From NCBI GenBank assembly GCA_035495815.1, contig DATJFH010000011.1, positions 30,441 through 94,440 on the forward strand: 64,000 nucleotides of DNA, in the 5' to 3' direction. The first letter of the stretch is position 1. Each line of letters starts with the position of its first letter. The notes beneath the pieces were generated by a model. That model searched no databases, was not told the DNA's origin, and was given only the letters and a program-made list of their open reading frames with translations. The translations under genes were made by a program, and so were the position numbers. Below are positions 58,757 to 64,000 of the stretch, in pieces. The stretch is from Bryobacteraceae bacterium (lineage in GTDB: Bacteria; Acidobacteriota; Terriglobia; Bryobacterales; Bryobacteraceae).

Positions 58757-59145
58757 ATGAGACTCTGCGGGAAGGCCGCATTCGGCGCTCACCACTGGAC
58801 GGCCATCCGGAAGCTCCTGAGCGATCTGCGCCTGGAATTGCCGGCCCTGCAGAAACTCGCCCCTTGACGGCCGCAAAACGCGCCGAAACCTTGGGGGGGG
58901 TGAAGCAGGCTGGGGCCCTCGGGCGTGAACTCTCTCCCTCGAGGCCGCCGGTACTCGATACGATTCTGGGGCTGAAATTCCTGCTCCCCGGCGACGGGCA
59001 GATCGACTATGTGGAATATTTCAAACTACTCAACGAATTCGGCTACTCGGGCTTTGTGAGCGTCAAAGTCAGCGCGCAGATTCATCGCAAGCCTGAATTC
59101 GAGCCGATACCCACGGCGAGGCTCTGCTATGAGCGCCTGGCTCCG
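58757..59145 (+). pseudogene. Remnant of a xylose-isomerase-like TIM-barrel gene (paralog of 593..1474): N-terminal piece 58757-58867 and C-terminal piece ~58954-59145
   Basis: C-piece 'LKFLLPGDGQIDYVEYFKLLNEFGYSGFVSVKVSAQIHRKPEFEPIPTARLCYERLAP' aligns with the last ~60 aa of the 593..1474 protein ('KFRFLLPGDGSTDYKAYVQALTAAGYRGAVVVEVSSQVSNQPGYDPAYAARHCYEKVAP'). N-piece 'AIRKLLSDLRLELPALQKL' aligns with 'ARKALREKLRDLDLTLPAVMDNL'. About 200 codons missing. Confidence 0.6.
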
Positions 59146-59598
59146 GCCCGTCTACTACGGCTGGTTTGTCGCGGCGGCGGCGTTTTTCACGCTGCTGATC
59201 ACGGTGAGAGCGCTATTTTTGCGATTCAGAAGAAAACGGTGATGGTGGCGGCTTATCTTTTTGTCGCGCTGCCCATCCTTCTGCTGTTCATGGTCGAGCG
59301 GCCGGGGATGCCGGCGCTGTTCGCGGTAGTGTTCGGCTTCGGCCTGGGCGACGGCCATATGCTGATCCCGCTCATGGCCGCGCAGGCGTTCGGCACGAAT
59401 TTACGGGCGCGCGCCATGGGCGTCATTCTTCCGGCCGATTCAATCGGGCAGACCTGCTTTCCGTTCCTGTTGGGAGTGCTGCACGACCGCTACGGAAACT
59501 ACCCTGCAGGGCTGGCGCTGGTTGCGACGCTGGCGCTGGCCGGGGCGGCAGCGATCGCCTTACTGCCGGCGCCGGAGTCAAAGGGGCGTCAACTCTAG
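59129..59598 (+). pseudogene. Internally deleted MFS transporter: N-terminal TM1 (59129-59242, ends at junction stop) + C-terminal last ~3 TM helices (59242-59598)
   Basis: 'MSAWLRPVYYGWFVAAAAFFTLLITV' (MFS TM1) runs into AT-rich junk and a stop (RALFLRFRRKR*). The next frame resumes at ATG 59242 with 'MVAAYLFVALPILLLF...PLMAAQAFGTNLRARAMGVILPADSIGQTCFPFLLGVLHDRYG...' = MFS TM10-12. About 250 codons are missing between the two pieces. Confidence 0.55.
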
Positions 59599-60428
59599 CC
59601 CGCCACTACTTTGTTCCGCAGTATCCCGATGCCTTCGATATCCACTTCGACCACGTCCCCCGGGCTCAGCTTCTTCGTTGAACCCGGCGTGCCCGTGTAG
59701 ATCACATCCCCCGGGTTCAGCGTGACGTAGTGGCTGATGTAGCTGACGATCTGGGCGGGACCGAACAGCAGGTCGGAGGTGACCTGCTTCTGCACCACGT
59801 CGCCATTCAGGCGCGTTTGCAACAGCAGCTTTCCATAATCGAGTCCGGTGACGATTGCGGGCCCCAGCGGGCCGAAGGTGTCCGCGCCTTTCGCGCGCCA
59901 CCATTGAAGATCCTTCTGCGGCCCGTTCTGCCAGTCACGCTCACTGACGTCGTTCCCGCAGGTGACACCCAAGATGACCCCCGGCGCGTCGCCAACCGAA
60001 ATCCGGCTGGCCCGCTTGCCGATCACCAGGACCAGTTCGCCCTCGTAATGGGTATTCTTCGAATCCTTGGGAATGGCGATGTCATCGCCCGGATTCTGCA
60101 GACAGGTGATCGGCTTGTAGAACATTTCCGGGCTGGTGGGAGGAGTGCGCGTGCCCAGATGACTCTTGTAGTTCAACCCCACCGCCAGCACCTTCGGCGG
60201 TACGCACGGGTAGAGCAGCTTGACCTCGCTGAGCTTTCGCTTCCTGCCGGAGGGCTTCCGGTCTCCGAACAGATCGCCTTTGATCTCGCGAATCAGCTCG
60301 CCTTCGAGTATGCCGTACTCCACGGCTGTGCCGTTGCGATACCGAACATATTTTGTGACGGTAGGCTGCGCCTGCGCGGCAGCCAGGCCGGCTGCGGCTG
60401 CGATTACGGTTCTTCTGGTGGTCTGCAT
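59595..60428 (-). CDS. Fumarylacetoacetate hydrolase (FAH) family protein with a TAT signal peptide
   Basis: 277 aa; 'MQTTRRTVIAAAAGLAAAQA' twin-arginine signal. FAH fold core 'GLNYKSH...EGELVLVIGK...PGDVIYTGTPGS'. Confidence 0.7.
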   Translation of the reverse strand: MQTTRRTVIAAAAGLAAAQAQPTVTKYVRYRNGTAVEYGILEGELIREIKGDLFGDRKPSGRKRKLSEVKLLYPCVPPKVLAVGLNYKSHLGTRTPPTSPEMFYKPITCLQNPGDDIAIPKDSKNTHYEGELVLVIGKRASRISVGDAPGVILGVTCGNDVSERDWQNGPQKDLQWWRAKGADTFGPLGPAIVTGLDYGKLLLQTRLNGDVVQKQVTSDLLFGPAQIVSYISHYVTLNPGDVIYTGTPGSTKKLSPGDVVEVDIEGIGILRNKVVAG

Positions 60429-60572
60429 TGACTGTCTCCAGTAAGTTACATTATGTTCTTTCGGACGAGTTGTCCAGCGGCGCCCCGCATATCCGGACCG
60501 GCAGGTGTTTTCGACCTGAAGGCTGAAGACCGGCGAATACGGTAAACCCGAGAGCCGAGCCCGGTAGAAAGG

Positions 60573-60649
60573 TGGTGGCGGCGCGCAGACTCGAACTGCG
60601 GACCTACGGATTATGAGACCGTCGCTCTAACCAGCTGAGCTACGCCGCC
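60573..60649 (-). tRNA. tRNA-Met (anticodon CAU, elongator-type; tRNA-Ile2 not excluded), CCA encoded
   Basis: Hand-folded: acceptor GGCGGCG/CGCCGCC (G1-C72 paired, so not initiator), D-arm GCUC-AGCUGGUUA-GAGC, anticodon loop CUCAUAA, T-arm CGCAG-UUCGAGU-CUGCG, discriminator A, CCA. Confidence 0.8.
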
Positions 60650-60921
60650 AAACCGGGATGTTTTTCAGTTTACCAGAGCCGCCCCGGCCTTTGTTGCCGG
60701 AGGCGAGGAGTTGACCGTACCGCCGCAAACTCCAGGGGATCTCCCCCCGAAAGGTCCTGAATTGGCGGGAACGATTCCCGATTCCCGGCGCAGGCCGGCA
60801 CAGCGGGCCGGGCGGACAAGCTCGAGACGCCCGGCGCAGACACGTCTATGTCATTCATTCTGATCGTCTCTGACCGTATGCCGTTCTGAAATCCGCTTTG
60901 TGTCATGATGAAATCGTTGCT

Positions 60922-62217
60922 ATGACTCTCCCGCGCCGTGAGTTTCTGTTGGGTAGCCTGCCCCTTGCCCATGCTCTTGCACAGAAGAAAAATGCGGGGG
61001 CCGCGCCGAATATTCTGGTCATCATTGCCGAGAATCTGGGCTCCTGGATGCTCGGCTGCTATGGGAACAAGCTGATCCGGACCCCGAATATCGACCTGCT
61101 GGCCCGCGGCGGAGCCCGCTTTGCCAACGCCTTCGTTTGCACTCCCTCGTCCTCGCCGAGCCGCGCTACCCTGCTCACCGGACGTTTGCCGGCGCAGCAC
61201 GGCATTCAGGACTTTCTGACGCCGGAGCCGGTGGAAAATCCGCCGCAGGGACAGGCGGCGCCGCCCCCTTCCTTTCAGAACGAGGTCCTGATCTCCGACG
61301 TGCTGGCGGGCGCCGGCTATCAGTGCGGCCACGTCGGCAAGTGGCGCCTGGGCGGCGACTCCTCGCCTCAGCATCATTATTCCTTCTGGGCCACGGAGCC
61401 GGATTCGGTGGAAGCCAAAACGAACGAATTCCTGGATCAGCAGTCATCCCAAAAACCATTCTTCCTGACGGTCGGATACTTCAACACCCATGAAGGGGTC
61501 GCCCCCAAATACTTCGATTTGTATGCCAAGGCGGATTTCGAGGAGATGGGCCGCGATCCTCTGTCGCCCCACGCCTTGAGAGACAAGGAAATGATGCGAG
61601 ATCCGGTCGGCAGTCTGCGCAAGTTCGCTGCGGGGCTCACGGCGCTTGACGACCGGCTTCCATCCCTGCTGGCCAAACTGCAGCAACGCGGCCTTCGCGA
61701 CAACACGCTCGTCGTGTTCTGCGCGGCCAACGGATACCTGCTGGGGCGGCACGGGCTCTGGAGCGACGGCCTGGCCTCGAACCCCATCAACATGTACGAA
61801 GAAGTCATGGAAGTGCCCATGATCTGGAACTGGCCCGGACGCATACCCGTCGAGAGCGTCCGCAACGAGCTGGTCAGCCACTACGATTTCCTGCCGGCGA
61901 TCTGCGAGGTGGCCGCAGTTCCGGCGCCTGAAGGACGGGCCCTGTTCGGCCGCAGCTTTGCCCGGCTCGCCTTCGGCCGGCCGCTGCCCAGGAAACAGCC
62001 GTGGCGCAACCTGGTGTTCGGCCAATATCGCAATACCCGCATGGTTCGCGACAGCCGCTACAAGCTCGTCCAGCGCAACAAGGGCGACGGCCCCAATGAA
62101 CTGTTCGACCTCACTCTCGACCCGCGTGAAAGACTCAATCGCTTCGACAACCCGGCGAATATCTCGGTCCGGGATCAACTTACCCGAGAGCTGACGTCCC
62201 TCGACAAAGTAATTTAA
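60922..62217 (+). CDS. Sulfatase with atypical active-site region 'C-T-P-S-S-S-P-S-R' (Ser-type SxPxR register, or 3-aa insertion in a Cys-type motif)
   Basis: ORF track 60898..62217. TAT signal from ATG 60922 'MTLPRREFLLGSLPLAHALAQ'. Active site 'FVCTPSSSPSRATLLTGR' at nt 61138-61191. 'GKWRLGG' follows. Adjacent to tRNA-Met. Confidence 0.8.
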   Translation: MTLPRREFLLGSLPLAHALAQKKNAGAAPNILVIIAENLGSWMLGCYGNKLIRTPNIDLLARGGARFANAFVCTPSSSPSRATLLTGRLPAQHGIQDFLTPEPVENPPQGQAAPPPSFQNEVLISDVLAGAGYQCGHVGKWRLGGDSSPQHHYSFWATEPDSVEAKTNEFLDQQSSQKPFFLTVGYFNTHEGVAPKYFDLYAKADFEEMGRDPLSPHALRDKEMMRDPVGSLRKFAAGLTALDDRLPSLLAKLQQRGLRDNTLVVFCAANGYLLGRHGLWSDGLASNPINMYEEVMEVPMIWNWPGRIPVESVRNELVSHYDFLPAICEVAAVPAPEGRALFGRSFARLAFGRPLPRKQPWRNLVFGQYRNTRMVRDSRYKLVQRNKGDGPNELFDLTLDPRERLNRFDNPANISVRDQLTRELTSLDKVI

Positions 62218-62466
62218 TATCCTCCCAGGAACCTGGCCGAATTTCCACGCGTCTGGAAAACCTGGAGCCCGATCTGGAGCTCCGGCCCGACGCTTGCCTG
62301 ACGGTGGAGAACAACGGCTGCGGCTGGGACGAATCTACTCTGGCTACGATCTTCGATCCATTCTTCACGACGAAGTTCCTGGGCTGTGGTCTGGGGGTTG
62401 CCGATCCTTTCGAGCCGAATCGGCCATGGAAGCGGTTTTTCAATCCCGCTCCCGGCTCGAGCCTGA
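62218..62466 (+). pseudogene. C-terminal remnant of a histidine kinase (HATPase_c G1/F/G2 boxes), frameshifted
   Basis: Immediately after the sulfatase stop: '...LELRPDACLTVENNGCGWDESTLATIFDPFFTTKFLGCGLGV' (D/N-x-G-x-G, F-x-P-F, G-x-G-L-G boxes). The expected ending '...IGHGSGFSIPLPARA*' is in a second frame. No HisKA or sensor part precedes it. Confidence 0.55.
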
Positions 62467-62489
62467 TGCTGGAATGGGGGACTGAAAGG

Positions 62490-63899
62490 TTACGATTTCA
62501 CCGCGATCGCGATGATCGAAGTCGGCGGCCAGGGTAGGAACGAATCGATCCTTCGCCACAGCCAGACAAACCGGTCGAAAAATTTCATTTGGCCCGGGCC
62601 GAGCGTCGTTCGCTTCAGAATGCGTCCGCTCACATACCACGGGGGACGCGAGATGCGGTTGAAGTCCAGAATCCGTTCCACATGGAATCCCACTTCCTCC
62701 ATTTTGCCCTTGAGCTCCGCGTGCGAATAGCGCCGGAAGTGCCCCAGAGCCACATCGAGCGTGCCAAAAACATCCTGCCCGTGCGGGACCAGGATAATGG
62801 CCCTGCCCCCGGAGTTCAAGACGGAGTGAATATTCCGCAGACCTTGCATGTCGTCTTCGACGTGCTCCAGCACGTTGAGACAAACCACCGAATCCATGCT
62901 GGAAGTGAGATCGGCGAAATCTTTTGGGCGCGCCAGATCGCAATAGCGGATTGTAAGGTTGGGACGATGCTGGAACCGGGTGGCCAGCCGGGCGAGGTGC
63001 TCCGCCTCGATGTCGGTGGCCACGTATCGCTTGCGGCGGGGCAGCAGGGCGCGGGTCAGGTTGCCGATGCCGGCGCCGATCTCGAGGACACGCTCGCCGA
63101 CGTAGGGGCGGATCGTATCCGCCATCCAGCGGTTGAAACGGGGCGCTCCGGAAAGCGCGTGCAAAGTCTCGGCGCCTTCGTCTTTATAGATGTCCTTGGT
63201 AAAAGCGAAGCGCAGGATCACCCAGATCGCTTCCAGCGCGTCTTTGAAGCCGATCTTTTTGCCTTCCTCGTAGGTGCGCCCGTAGTAGCTGATGGGTGTT
63301 TCGTAAATCCTGACCTCGCGGCGCGCCAGCTTGATCGTCAGCTCCGGTTCGATGCCGAACCGCTGGCTGCGGATCGGGATGCTTTGCAGTAACGAGGTGC
63401 GGAAAGCTTTGTATCCCGTCTCCATGTCGGTCAGGTTCAGATCGGCGACCGCGTTGGTCAGCTCGGTCAGCAGCCGGTTGGCGACCGCGTGCCAGTAGTA
63501 AAGCACGCGGCGCTCGCCGACAATCATGAAGCGAGAGCCATAGACCACGTCGGCGTTGCTTTCGAGCAGGGGCTTCAGCAGGTGACGGTATTCGCGCGGA
63601 TCGTACTCGAGGTCGGAGTCCTGAATCACGCAGAAATCGCCCCTGGCCTTGTCGACGGCGGTGCGGATAGCGGATCCCTTGCCCTCGTTCCTGCTCTTGC
63701 GAATCACTTGTATGACACCCGGATTTGCCGCGGCAATCTCCTCGGCGATCTCGCCCGATCCGTCGGTAGAGCCGTCATCGACAACGATGATCTCTCGATC
63801 CAGTCCCTCCGGAAGGGGAGCCTCCAAAACGCGCTGGAGCAGCGGTCCGATGAACTCTTCTTCGTTGTAGAGAGGCACCAGGATGGAGAGTCGCGGCAT
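62490..63899 (-). CDS. Bifunctional family-2 glycosyltransferase (DPM1-like) / class I SAM-dependent methyltransferase
   Basis: 469 aa; 'LSILVPLYNEEEFIGPL...IIVVDDGSTDGS' GT2 DXD region, then 'VLEIGAGIGNLTRAL...VVCLNVLEHVED' methyltransferase motifs I-III. Confidence 0.75.
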   Translation of the reverse strand: MPRLSILVPLYNEEEFIGPLLQRVLEAPLPEGLDREIIVVDDGSTDGSGEIAEEIAAANPGVIQVIRKSRNEGKGSAIRTAVDKARGDFCVIQDSDLEYDPREYRHLLKPLLESNADVVYGSRFMIVGERRVLYYWHAVANRLLTELTNAVADLNLTDMETGYKAFRTSLLQSIPIRSQRFGIEPELTIKLARREVRIYETPISYYGRTYEEGKKIGFKDALEAIWVILRFAFTKDIYKDEGAETLHALSGAPRFNRWMADTIRPYVGERVLEIGAGIGNLTRALLPRRKRYVATDIEAEHLARLATRFQHRPNLTIRYCDLARPKDFADLTSSMDSVVCLNVLEHVEDDMQGLRNIHSVLNSGGRAIILVPHGQDVFGTLDVALGHFRRYSHAELKGKMEEVGFHVERILDFNRISRPPWYVSGRILKRTTLGPGQMKFFDRFVWLWRRIDSFLPWPPTSIIAIAVKS

Positions 63900-63956
63900 A
63901 TTGTAGAGAGAAGTATTTCATCATAGCGGATGTTTGATGCTACATTGAATGCACCG

Positions 63957-64000
63957 ATGCATCGTTTTCTTTCCGGTCTGCTCCTGCTGGTAATTGCAGG
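63957..64000 (+). CDS. 5' fragment of a gene encoding a signal-peptide-bearing protein (runs off window)
   Basis: ATG then 'MHRFLSGLLLLVIAG...' hydrophobic N-terminus. An in-frame ATG at ~63930 is also possible. Too short to call a function. Confidence 0.25.
   Translation, partial: MHRFLSGLLLLVIA

Overview
High-GC (~65-68%) chromosomal segment, most plausibly from a Solibacter-like acidobacterium (inference from sequence only). Supporting this: two very large TonB-dependent receptors with N-terminal carboxypeptidase-regulatory-like domains, a secreted Ig-like repeat protein with a TIGR03437-type C-terminus (LTPGSVGLYQIRLRVP), and many twin-arginine signal peptides on sulfatases and glycoside-processing enzymes. 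I call about 55 protein genes, 2 tRNAs (Val-GAC and Met-CAU, both minus strand), one clear bidirectional terminator, a few promoter candidates and three gene remnants (pseudogene scars).

Main modules:
(1) 1-11.6 kb: a sulfatase-rich, PUL-like cluster: DJ-1/PfpI, a TAT-exported TIM-barrel sugar isomerase, two formylglycine-type sulfatases and two divergent TonB-dependent receptors.
(2) 11.7-16.1 kb: a TIGR03437 secreted protein plus a PMT/ArnT-like (GT39/GT83-type) membrane glycosyltransferase.
(3) 16-33 kb: housekeeping and regulatory genes: HDAC-like amidohydrolase, MFS hexuronate-type transporter, hybrid PAS histidine kinase, XdhC-MocA, AsmA, FAD disulfide reductase, aldo/keto reductase, FtcD-like gene coupled to lipA, PaaI thioesterase, SPFH protein.
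(4) 33.8-37.4 kb: a four-gene ECF sigma / zinc-anti-sigma with HEAT repeats / DUF4097 'putative adhesin' / tandem-PDZ operon. This is the most system-like unknown in the window.
(5) 37.5-50.6 kb: aldehyde dehydrogenase, long-form ThyX + dUTPase, asparaginase-family Ntn hydrolase, CinA, PgpA, YacG, RimO, a third sulfatase, PurH.
(6) 50.8-55.1 kb: SH3b/proline-rich/DUF2059-like protein followed by a stub tad locus (CpaB-TadB-TadC only).
(7) 55.1-58.7 kb: a modified-heptose cassette (extended-SDR epimerase with Zn-ribbon insertion, SDR, GmhA, HddA kinase).
(8) 58.8-62.5 kb: deletion scars (TIM-barrel isomerase fragments, internally deleted MFS transporter, histidine-kinase C-terminal remnant) around a TAT-FAH hydrolase, tRNA-Met and a fourth sulfatase with a Ser-type (SxPxR) active-site motif.
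(9) 62.5-63.9 kb: a bifunctional GT2-methyltransferase.

No CRISPR array, prophage, transposase or classical defence system was seen. Most long antisense ORFs in the six-frame track are GC-skew artefacts. Coordinates of non-CDS features are hand-counted and may be off by 1-2 nt.
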